Shown one piece after another: positions 54,501 to 61,780 of a stretch of DNA of 64,000 bases. The position numbers and the translations under genes were made by a program. Position 1 is the stretch's first letter. The number at the start of each line of letters is the position of its first letter. This stretch comes from an uncultured Bacteroidota bacterium (GTDB lineage Bacteria > Bacteroidota > Bacteroidia > Bacteroidales > JAAUTT01), in the NCBI GenBank assembly GCA_963846585.1, contig CAWJWO010000003.1, positions 140,505-204,504 of the forward strand. The letters run 5' to 3'. Below the pieces are notes generated by a model. That model was not told the DNA's origin and ran no database searches. It saw only the letters and a program-made list of their open reading frames with translations.

Positions 54501-54658
54501 AACTTAAACTTTCATATTTCAGAGAAGTAATTTTAAGTGTTCAGGGAATTACAATGGAAAAACAAAAAAAGGAATTAGAGGCTTTTTTTAATACCTGGAA
54601 AGGAAATAACGTTCAGGTGGATGATATTTTGGTTATAGGACGTAAATTCGATTTTTGA
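51497..54658 (+). CDS. Sensor protein: two-component-regulator beta-propeller repeats + Y_Y_Y domain + TM + PP2C/SpoIIE phosphatase
   Basis: Repeated ..LWFGT..G...Y propeller blades, a Y_Y_Y-like segment (..YQVMLEGADKDWHPV...), TM WWFISSCIGIILIAIYTYI, and PP2C motifs (SGDFFWF, DCTGHGVPGAF, DGMDISL, LFTDGYADQFGG). The start is uncertain. ATG at 51362 would translate repeat DNA; TTG at 51497 gives a signal-like N-terminus. Confidence 0.8.
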   Translation: MTLIKACSKTFIISIVFTFLSVTSKSQSYFFDNYSLEDGLAHSKIYSIIQDRNHLIWMGTPGGVTTYDGVKFQKYTSGNGLAESGVWSIYQDSKGLLWFGHLDGSISRWNGSKFENIPGGIIFKEVVYSFCENEKGELWITSYGSGAALISNPTAQLTKLKYENYKGKRLGDRVYGCFRLSDNKNYFITDAGIKVFNDNNKTFENFFIDGMPRFFPITTLFEDKNKNLWFGTMHGGLYRYNRKSGKFKIFDIRDGLSSNFITCIAEDRYGKIWVGTEAGITKIYGDNLTVYNQTNGFLGGMVICITIDAEDNILIGTFENGLSIYKGEFLIFSQPCNLPDQQIFSILEDSNKKIWFGTDDGIFLYDPSHKKNTHFEWIKGAIDKPAKIRFIKEDRQKNIWIGTYNNGLFEYFSKTGKLESNFDIFSTLPSTSKQITALDTDNNGSLWIGANDRLLNYNISTGHIHGYSQYDGLSGNIITAVHTDVKNIKYIGSQDRGITVFKDTLTPQSLKFPLLGNTTPTCITSDNSGNIWIGTEGQGVICFSNGKIKKRFQEKDGLISDLISFIALDKTGNIYAGTNQGLNVINSKTNLIATFSKRNGFIGIEAKNNAVFKDSKGFLWFGTAKGAIRFDPQITQYKPGEPFTHIRRFRVNYEDRPLKNGTILSYNENFIIFDYISVCLKDPEAVLYQVMLEGADKDWHPVTRQTMVTYSALPPNHYIFKLRAKNSSGAWNTNPVCFEFQILSAFYKTWWFISSCIGIILIAIYTYIKRRERNHIKEKQILEFRIEQRTKEVSHINYELSLKNKDITDSILYASRIQNALLPPKLPFDNSFVLFLPKDIVSGDFFWFTINGDKEWLAAVDCTGHGVPGAFMSIIGHNLLNKIVNELGIVKPSEILNHLNTEISNTLHQYHHDEEIHDGMDISLISYDNVTHIIEYSGAFNPLWIIRKNEIIETKANRYAIGIAPGLEKDFVNNVIPLQTGDTLYLFTDGYADQFGGTAGKKLKLSYFREVILSVQGITMEKQKKELEAFFNTWKGNNVQVDDILVIGRKFDF

Positions 54659-54662
54659 ATAA

Positions 54663-54693
54663 GGGGTTAGGGATCAGGGACTAGGGATTAGTG
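54663..54693. repeat. G-tract array GGGGTTA GGGATCA GGGACTA GGGATTA
   Basis: Read directly, 5 nt after the PP2C sensor stop codon. Confidence 0.9.
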
Positions 54694-54766
54694 TGTTATT
54701 GTAACTTTATTTAGATTGTTACAGTTATTATTGCATTGCAGTAATAGGATTTACAACTAACAACTT

Positions 54767-55303
54767 TTATTGGCAGACACTGAATAATTGGGATGGAGTG
54801 TCAATAATATGCCACAAATTCCTGTTTTTATCCTGCATGAATTTTTTATTTATCAACTCATTAATAAATAACATAAATGTGTTATAAAAACCATTTGTAT
54901 TCACAATTATAATAGGTATATCAATCCTTCCCAATTGTTTTAAAGTGGTTACTTCCATTAGTTCTTCCAATGTCCCTATTCCTCCAGGTAAAGCTATTAC
55001 TGCATCAACATTTTCAATCAATCTTTTTTTGCGTTCATGCATATCTTCAACCAATATCATGTCCGCAACATTGCTGTGTGCCCATTCCAAATCCACCATG
55101 AAATTTGGAATAACACCTGTAATTTTGCCATTAAGTTTTAACACCCTGTCTGCAAATGCTCCCATTAACCCCTTAGCCCCGCCACCAAACAAAACATGAA
55201 TTCCATTTTCAACACAAATATCAGCCAATTTGACTGCAACATCAAGATATATTTGATCTGCTTCACTACTTGATGCACAAAACAAACATATTGTCTTTAA
55301 CAT
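54767..55303 (-). CDS. LOG-family (TIGR00730) Rossmann-fold nucleotide-binding protein
   Basis: GGGAKGLMGA and PGGIGTLEE motifs. The likely start is ATG at 55303 (MLKTICLFCASS). The ORF-track extension to 55441 translates tandem-repeat DNA. Confidence 0.8.
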   Translation of the reverse strand: MLKTICLFCASSSEADQIYLDVAVKLADICVENGIHVLFGGGAKGLMGAFADRVLKLNGKITGVIPNFMVDLEWAHSNVADMILVEDMHERKKRLIENVDAVIALPGGIGTLEELMEVTTLKQLGRIDIPIIIVNTNGFYNTFMLFINELINKKFMQDKNRNLWHIIDTPSQLFSVCQ

Positions 55304-55304
55304 G

Positions 55305-55532
55305 TGGGGGGGGGTAGGGATTAGTGGCCAGGGGTTAGTGGTTAATTGCAGGTTACAGGATAAAAGTGATGAAGTGATGAAGTGATGAGGTGATGAAGTG
55401 ATTAAGTTTATAAGATTTCCCATAAACTTTATAAACCTCATAAACCAATTAGTAATTTGTAATCAGTAATTTGTAATTTGTAATTTGTCATCTGCACATC
55501 TGCACATCTGCACATTTTCACATCTGCACATT
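55305..55532. repeat. Composite STR block: G-tract words at 55305-55341, GCAGGTT at 55346-55360, (GTGATGAA)x~5 at 55365-55406, (CATAAAC-like) at 55421-55446, (AGTAATTTGTAAT-like) at 55448-55488, (CATCTGCA)x~5 at 55489-55532
   Basis: Read directly. The block fills the whole spacer between trxA and the LOG-family gene. Confidence 0.9.
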
Positions 55533-55537
55533 ATTTT

Positions 55538-55855
55538 TTACAGTAAAGCTTCCAGTTTAGAAGAAATTACATTTTTTGGGACTGCCCCAACCTGTTTGTC
55601 AACTATTTTTCCATTTTTAAAAAATAAAATAGTAGGGATGTTACGAATACCAAATTTGGCAGACACTTCAGGGTTACTGTCTACATCAAGTTTAGCAACT
55701 TTGGCACGTCCTTCATATTCCTGCCCGATTTCTTTTACCAAAGGTCCAACCATACGGCAAGGGCCACACCATTCTGCCCAAAAATCTACCAGAACAGGCA
55801 CTTCCGAATTAATAACAACTTCATCAAAGTTGCCATCAGTTACTTCAATAGTCAT
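55538..55855 (-). CDS. trxA: Thioredoxin
   Basis: 105 aa with the canonical WAEWCGPCR active site. Confidence 0.92.
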   Translation of the reverse strand: MTIEVTDGNFDEVVINSEVPVLVDFWAEWCGPCRMVGPLVKEIGQEYEGRAKVAKLDVDSNPEVSAKFGIRNIPTILFFKNGKIVDKQVGAVPKNVISSKLEALL

Positions 55856-55938
55856 ATATTAATTTTTAAGTTATTATTTATTCATTAATAGTTATTGTCT
55901 GTAAAATAACCAAAAATAATCATTTTTTTTACTAACAA

Positions 55939-58900
55939 CTAATTTAATCTAAACTCAATATCTTCACGATTTTGCAGGTAGGAAATAAAATCTTCAGAAA
56001 GATCGATACGTTGGTTGCGGGAAAACATATCAATGGTTATGTTTTCGGACCTGTCTATTATTTTAAATTTTAATTCAACTTTTCCTTTTTTATTGTCAGT
56101 AAATGATTTGATTTCAGTAATTAATTCGTTAGTAACCAGTTGTACAGGCAACATAATGGAAATGCTTTTAACTGTATCACTTCGTATGTTAGCAAGCATA
56201 TCAATTGATTTAATTTTAATTTCCAGTTCGGAGATATCTCCATATGCCTTTGGTTGTACTTTACCTTTAAAATACAAGGCATATCCCATGTTGAAATATT
56301 TATTGAATTCAAGGTAATCGTTCGAGAAAAACAGTAATTTTATTGAATCGCTGTAATCTTCAATAGTAATTGCACTATACGGTTTCCCGTTTTTTGTAGT
56401 ACCATTTTTAACTTCTTTAATAATGCCTGCAAAAGAAATATCCTTACCTTTTAAATCCGGAAGATTTTTTAAATCAGATAGCTGGTGATTACAAAAGTTA
56501 TTTATTTCAATCCGGTACTTATCAAGAGGATGTGCTGAAATATACATGCCAATCAATTCCTTTTCACGATTTAATTTCTCAAGCATTGACCAGTCTTCAA
56601 CAACTGGTATTGCAGGACGCGTAATTCCTATGAAATTATATCCTCCAAAAAGCGAGCTCTTTACAGTTACCTTGTCATTCTGAAATTTACTGCCATACCT
56701 TATAAGGTTATCTATGAATGATATCTTATTTGCATCCTCTGCTAAATATTGGCTACGCGCTAATTCAGTAAAACCATCAAATGCTCCGGATAAGGCAAGA
56801 GCTTCCAGGTTTTTTTTGTTTATTGCTGCAAGGTTTACCCGTTCCACAAAATCAAAAATACCGCCAAATGAGCCGTTATTTTTACGTTCCTCAACAATAA
56901 AATTTATAGCGGCCTCCCCTGCTCCTTTTATAGATCCCAGTCCAAACCGAATATTCCCCTGACTGTTTACAGCGAAAGCGAAGTTACTTTCATTAACATC
57001 CGGCCCAAGAACCTGAATTCCCATACGCTTACATTCATCCATAAAAAATGTGATTTTTTCTATATTGCTTGCGTTATTAAGTACCGAAGCCATATATTCA
57101 GCAGGGTAATGTGCTTTCAGGTATGCTGTTTGAAATGCAACATAGGCATAACAGGTTGCATGCGATTTATTAAATGCATAAGATGCAAAAGCTTCCCAGT
57201 CAGTCCATATTTTTTCATTTATTTTTGAATCAAAACCTTTTGCCTGGCATTCTTCCATGAATTTTGATTTCATTTTGTCCAGTACGGCAATCTGTTTTTT
57301 GCCCATGGCCTTACGCAGGATGTCGGCATCTCCTTTCGTAAATCCGGCCAGTTTTTGCGAAAGTAACATCACCTGTTCCTGGTATACTGTTATCCCATAA
57401 GTTTCTTTAAGAATTCCTTCCATTTCAGGCAAGTCGTATACAACTTCTTCCCGGCCATTCTTGCGGGATATATATTTTGGGATATATTCAATAGGTCCCG
57501 GACGATACAAAGCATTCATTGCAATTAAATCATCAAATTTATCAGGCCGTAAATCACGTAAATACTTTTGCATACCGGGTGATTCAAATTGGAATGTTCC
57601 ATTAGTATCACCTCTCTGGTAAAGTTCAAATGTTTTCTGATCGTCAAGAGGAATATTATCAATATCAATTTCAATGCCGTGATTCTGTTTAATAAGTTCA
57701 AGAGCGTCCTTTAAAATGGAAAGAGTTTTTAAACCCAGAAAATCCATTTTTATAACACCTGCATCTTCAATTACTTTTCCTTCATACTGGGTGACAAGTA
57801 AATCAGAATCCTTAATAGTTGCCACAGGAATAAGTTCTGTTAAATCCACCGGGGCAATAATTATTCCTGCAGCATGAACACCGGTATTACGGACTGATCC
57901 TTCAAGTAAACGTGCTTCTTTCAGGACTTGTGCCTGTAAGCCATTGCCATTAATTATTTCACGAAGGCGCTTAATATTATTAATTTCATCCGAATTTAAG
58001 CCCTCTTTTCCCTTAAGTCCCTTTTCACCATCAAAAGGTGCCTCGAATACACGATCCAGCTTTATTCCGGGAGTTTCAGGAACCAACCTCGTAAGTTCAT
58101 TGGATTCGTTCAATGGCAGGTCAAGAACCCTGGCAACATCCTTAATGCTCATCTTGGCTGCCATTGTTCCATAAGTAATAATCTGTGCTACCCGGTTTCT
58201 GCCATATTTTTGAGTAACATATTCAATTACCTTTTGCCGGCCTTCATCGTCAAAATCGGTATCGATATCAGGCATACTTTTACGGTCAGGATTAAGAAAC
58301 CGTTCAAAAAGAAGGTTGTATTTGATTGGGTCTATATTAGTAATCCCAATCGCATAGGCAACTACAGAGCCAGCTGCTGAACCCCTGCCGGGTCCTATAA
58401 ATACTCCCATATTCCGGCCTGCCTTAATAAAATCCATTACTATTAAAAAATATCCTGCAAAACCCATGGATTCAATAGTTTGCAGTTCGAAATTAATCCT
58501 TTCCTCAATTTCCGGTGTTATTTCGTCATATCTTCTTTTTATGCCTTCAAAAGTTAAATGGCGTAAATATTGATCCTGTGTCAGAAATTCCGATGGAACA
58601 GGAAAGTTTGGCAAAAGAATATCTCTTTTTAAATCGAGGAGTTCAATTTTATCTACAATCTCGTTGGTATTGTCTATAGCTTGAGGCATATCGGCAAACA
58701 AGCTGATCATTTCGCCTGTGGTTTTGAAATAAAACTGATCGTTATAAAATGCAAACCTCTTGTTTTTCTCAGTTGAATCGTCATCTTCAGCATAATCTTT
58801 CCTGGTTGGGGTATTCTTCTTTTCACCGGTATTAAGACAAAGCAATATGTCGTGTGCATTATAATCACTCACATCTACATAATGGGAATCGTTGGTTGCA

Positions 58901-59541
58901 ATTGTTTTCACCTTGTATTTACCGGCCCACTTACTGAGAATTTCGTTTACTGTATCCTGTTCAGGAATTCCATGACGTTGAAATTCAATATAATAATCCT
59001 CGCCGAACATGTCGAGCCACCAGCGAAATTCAGTTTCACCGTCAGATTCCCCTTTTTTCAAAATTGTTTTTGGAACCGATGCCCCCAGGCAGCAGGTTGT
59101 TGCAATAAGCCCATCGTGGTATTTTTCGATTAATTCCTTATCAATCCTTGGATATTTACCATACAGGCCTTCAATGTAGCCTAACGAACATAATTTGGTA
59201 ATATTCCTGTACCCGGCCTCATTCTTAGCAAGCAATACCTGATGATACCTGATATCCTTCTCATCACGTGTAAACTGACGTTTATGCCTGTTTTGAACAA
59301 GGTAGAATTCACATCCTACAATTGGCTTTATTTTCAAACGTTTATCGTTTTTATCCCCGGGGTTTAATTTATACTTATATGCCTCTGCAACAAAATCAAA
59401 CACTCCGAACATATTACCGTGATCAGTAATGGCAATAGCAGGTTGACCATCATTTACAGCCTTTTTAAATAATTGTTTTATATCAGCAGCCCCATCAAGT
59501 AATGAAAACTGAGTATGTACGTGTAGATGTGTAAATTGCAT
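55939..59541 (-). CDS. dnaE: DNA polymerase III alpha subunit
   Basis: 1200 aa with an N-terminal PHP domain (FTHLHVHTQFSLLDGA). Polymerase core, HhH and OB regions are recognisable. Confidence 0.93.
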   Translation of the reverse strand: MQFTHLHVHTQFSLLDGAADIKQLFKKAVNDGQPAIAITDHGNMFGVFDFVAEAYKYKLNPGDKNDKRLKIKPIVGCEFYLVQNRHKRQFTRDEKDIRYHQVLLAKNEAGYRNITKLCSLGYIEGLYGKYPRIDKELIEKYHDGLIATTCCLGASVPKTILKKGESDGETEFRWWLDMFGEDYYIEFQRHGIPEQDTVNEILSKWAGKYKVKTIATNDSHYVDVSDYNAHDILLCLNTGEKKNTPTRKDYAEDDDSTEKNKRFAFYNDQFYFKTTGEMISLFADMPQAIDNTNEIVDKIELLDLKRDILLPNFPVPSEFLTQDQYLRHLTFEGIKRRYDEITPEIEERINFELQTIESMGFAGYFLIVMDFIKAGRNMGVFIGPGRGSAAGSVVAYAIGITNIDPIKYNLLFERFLNPDRKSMPDIDTDFDDEGRQKVIEYVTQKYGRNRVAQIITYGTMAAKMSIKDVARVLDLPLNESNELTRLVPETPGIKLDRVFEAPFDGEKGLKGKEGLNSDEINNIKRLREIINGNGLQAQVLKEARLLEGSVRNTGVHAAGIIIAPVDLTELIPVATIKDSDLLVTQYEGKVIEDAGVIKMDFLGLKTLSILKDALELIKQNHGIEIDIDNIPLDDQKTFELYQRGDTNGTFQFESPGMQKYLRDLRPDKFDDLIAMNALYRPGPIEYIPKYISRKNGREEVVYDLPEMEGILKETYGITVYQEQVMLLSQKLAGFTKGDADILRKAMGKKQIAVLDKMKSKFMEECQAKGFDSKINEKIWTDWEAFASYAFNKSHATCYAYVAFQTAYLKAHYPAEYMASVLNNASNIEKITFFMDECKRMGIQVLGPDVNESNFAFAVNSQGNIRFGLGSIKGAGEAAINFIVEERKNNGSFGGIFDFVERVNLAAINKKNLEALALSGAFDGFTELARSQYLAEDANKISFIDNLIRYGSKFQNDKVTVKSSLFGGYNFIGITRPAIPVVEDWSMLEKLNREKELIGMYISAHPLDKYRIEINNFCNHQLSDLKNLPDLKGKDISFAGIIKEVKNGTTKNGKPYSAITIEDYSDSIKLLFFSNDYLEFNKYFNMGYALYFKGKVQPKAYGDISELEIKIKSIDMLANIRSDTVKSISIMLPVQLVTNELITEIKSFTDNKKGKVELKFKIIDRSENITIDMFSRNQRIDLSEDFISYLQNREDIEFRLN

Positions 59542-59549
59542 TATATTGT

Positions 59550-59647
59550 TAATTGGTAATTGATTATTAAAACTATTACTTCATCACTTCATCACTTCAT
59601 CACTTTTATTTCATTTGTCATCAGTAATTAGTAATTAGTAATTACCT
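59550..59647. repeat. Composite STR block: (TAATTGG/TAATTGA) at 59550-59568, (CTTCATCA)x~3.5 at 59578-59607, (CAGTAAT/TAGTAAT)x~4 at 59619-59647
   Basis: Read directly upstream of dnaE. Confidence 0.9.
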
Positions 59648-59849
59648 AACAACCAAGAATCAGCACCTGACAACTAATCCCCAAAGTTACATAATAAAGC
59701 GCCTGTATTATTCATTGTTAATAAATAAAGACTGTAAATTTGTTTGGTTTCTGATTAGAAAATATAACATAATCATAATATAAATCTTAAATCATTTTGT
59801 TTTATATTTCGTATCTTAGTGGTCACAAAATCAGTTACATTTTTTGCCT

Positions 59850-61214
59850 ATGAAAATTCATATCATTGCTATTGGAGGTAGTGCGATGCATAATCTTGCA
59901 ATAGCTTTGCATGAAATGGGATATGACGTTACCGGCTCCGATGATGAAATATTTGAACCCTCATTTTCCCGATTGAAAAAACATGGTTTGTTGCCTGAAC
60001 AATTAGGTTGGTTTCCGGGCAAAATTACAAGTGATATCGATGCAGTCATTTTAGGAATGCATGCCCTGGAGAATAACCCTGAACTAATAAAAGCCAGGCA
60101 GTTGTGGCTTAAAATTTATTCCTACCCTGAGTATCTCTTCAACCAGACAATGGATAAGAAGAGGGTGGTTATAGCGGGAAGCCATGGTAAGACTACCATT
60201 ACATCGATGATTATGCATGTGCTCAAACATTGCGAAAGGGAATTTGATTACATGGTAGGGGCAAGTATTGAGGGATTCGAAACCATGGTAAGAATTTCTG
60301 ATTCATCTCCGGTTGCAATTTTTGAAGGTGATGAATACTTATCTTCCGCCCTGGACCGACGTCCTAAATTTCATTTATACAGGCCGCATATAGCTTTAAT
60401 TTCAGGTATTGCATGGGACCATATAAATGTTTTCCCGGATTTTGACAGTTATAAACGGCAATTCAGGGAATTCATTGAATACATTGAGCCAAACGGAACC
60501 TTATATTACTTTGATGGCGACCCGGTGTTAAAGGACATTGTCGAAAGGAGCATAAACCCCATTGATATAATTCCTTATAAGGAACACCTTCATATGATCC
60601 GTGACCATCATAGTTACCTTCTTACACAATCAGGATCATATAAGTTTCACTTATTGGGCAAACATAATTTACTAAATGTTGAAGGAGCCAGGTTAATCTG
60701 CAAACAACTGGAAGTTACGGATGTAGAGTTTTATAAAGCCATTTCGACTTTCCAGGGAGCTTCAAAACGGCTTCAGGTAATTCATTCAACTGATAATTCA
60801 TCTGTATTTATGGATTTTGCCCATGCTCCTTCAAAAGTTAAAGCTACAGTGGAGGCATTAAAGACCCATTACCCTGAACGTAAACTGATAGTATGCCTTG
60901 AATTACATACTTATAGCAGTCTGAATAAAGATTTTATCGGTGAATATCATGGTACTCTGACGGGTGTTGAGCATGCTGCAATATTTTATAACCCTGAAAC
61001 CGTAAAACATAAACGTTTGGAAAAAATATCCTCAAAAGACATTCAAAAAGCATTTGACAGGGATAATCTTGATGTAATAACGGAAACTTCTGAATTGGAA
61101 GCATGGATAAAAAAATCAGCTTTTCAGGATTCGAACCTTTTATTTATGAGTTCAGGAAATTTTGGAGGGCTGGATGTTCATGGTATATTAAAGGGACTAG
61201 GGGCTAGGGACTAG
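59850..61214 (+). CDS. mpl: Mur-ligase family UDP-N-acetylmuramate:tripeptide ligase (Mpl-like)
   Basis: N-terminus IIAIGGSAMHNLAIAL, P-loop GSHGKTTITSM. ATG at 59850 (the ORF track starts at TTG 59844). The last 6 codons and the TAG stop lie in the GGGRCTA repeat array. Confidence 0.75.
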   Translation: MKIHIIAIGGSAMHNLAIALHEMGYDVTGSDDEIFEPSFSRLKKHGLLPEQLGWFPGKITSDIDAVILGMHALENNPELIKARQLWLKIYSYPEYLFNQTMDKKRVVIAGSHGKTTITSMIMHVLKHCEREFDYMVGASIEGFETMVRISDSSPVAIFEGDEYLSSALDRRPKFHLYRPHIALISGIAWDHINVFPDFDSYKRQFREFIEYIEPNGTLYYFDGDPVLKDIVERSINPIDIIPYKEHLHMIRDHHSYLLTQSGSYKFHLLGKHNLLNVEGARLICKQLEVTDVEFYKAISTFQGASKRLQVIHSTDNSSVFMDFAHAPSKVKATVEALKTHYPERKLIVCLELHTYSSLNKDFIGEYHGTLTGVEHAAIFYNPETVKHKRLEKISSKDIQKAFDRDNLDVITETSELEAWIKKSAFQDSNLLFMSSGNFGGLDVHGILKGLGARD

Positions 61215-61323
61215 GGGCTAGGGGCTAGGGACTAGGGACTAGGGGCTAGGGACCAGGGACTAGGGACTAGGGACCAGGGACTAGTTGTTGGTTGCAGGTT
61301 ACAGGTTGCAGGTTGCAGGTTTT
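61193..61323. repeat. (GGGRCYA)x13 heptamer array at 61193-61284, followed by (GCAGGTT/ACAGGTT)x~5 at 61285-61323
   Basis: The 13 heptamers were counted by hand. The array begins inside the last codons of mpl. Confidence 0.95.
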
Positions 61324-61429
61324 AGATTGGTTTAATAAGTTACTATCAAAAAGTAACCGTACCCTGAGCGGAGTAGAAGGGTACAACATTTACAAACTAA
61401 TATTCTCTAATAACATTATAGATATTAAC

Positions 61430-61470
61430 ACATACAACTAACAACCAACAACCAACAACTAACAACTAAA
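61430..61470. repeat. (CAACTAA/CAACCAA)x~5 heptamer array
   Basis: acatacaactaacaaccaacaaccaacaactaacaactaaa, read directly. Confidence 0.85.
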
Positions 61471-61507
61471 TTCAACAAAGAATAATATCAAAAACAAGAG
61501 CAATATT

Positions 61508-61537
61508 TTTGAAGAAAAAAATAATCGTTTACCTTTG
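61508..61537 (+). promoter_or_regulatory. Candidate Bacteroidota-type promoter for tRNA-Glu (-33 TTTG / -7 TAnnTTTG)
   Basis: TTTG at 61508-61511 and TACCTTTG at 61530-61537, 18 nt apart, ending 20 nt upstream of the tRNA 5' end. Confidence 0.4.
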
Positions 61538-61557
61538 CACTCTCAAAAATAAAAAAT

Positions 61558-61632
61558 GGCCTGTTCGTCTAACGGTTAGGACGCAAGATTTTCATTCTTG
61601 AAATAGGGGTTCGATTCCCCTACGGGCTACCA
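61558..61632 (+). tRNA. tRNA-Glu (anticodon UUC), CCA encoded
   Basis: Hand-folded cloverleaf. Acceptor GGCCTGT/ACGGGCT, D arm GTCT-AACGGTTA-GGAC, anticodon arm CAAGA-TTTTCAT-TCTTG (TTC at positions 34-36), variable loop AAAT, T arm AGGGG-TTCGATT-CCCCT, discriminator A plus CCA. The layout parallels E. coli tRNA-Glu. Confidence 0.85.
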
Positions 61633-61645
61633 TCATAGCATAAGG

Positions 61646-61678
61646 ATTGGAATCAAACATTCCAATTCTTCTCGTTTT
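61646..61678 (+). terminator. Rho-independent terminator after tRNA-Glu
   Basis: Perfect 8-bp stem ATTGGAAT / ATTCCAAT with loop CAAAC, followed by TCTTCTCGTTTT. Confidence 0.6.
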
Positions 61679-61740
61679 AAGGGGGTTACGAAGTTATTGG
61701 AAAAAGGATTTTAATCAAATATTTCGCTGTTTCAAGCTTT

Positions 61741-61762
61741 TTGTATGACAATTGTATGACAA
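61741..61762 (+). repeat. Tandem 11-bp direct repeat TTGTATGACAA x2 just upstream of the integrase gene
   Basis: Read directly: ttgtatgacaa ttgtatgacaa, ending 18 nt before the integrase ATG. May be an arm-type or operator site. Confidence 0.5.
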
Positions 61763-61780
61763 TTTAAAAACAAAAAGACT

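Noticed and set aside
54665-54672. TTAGGG telomere-like hexamer within the G-tract array
   Set aside because: This is a single occurrence embedded in variable heptamers (GGGGTTA GGGATCA GGGACTA). It is a coincidental match, not a telomeric repeat.
55304-55441. N-terminal 46-aa extension of the LOG-family ORF
   Set aside because: The extension is encoded entirely by concatenated STR words. The conserved LOG sequence begins at the internal ATG at 55303.
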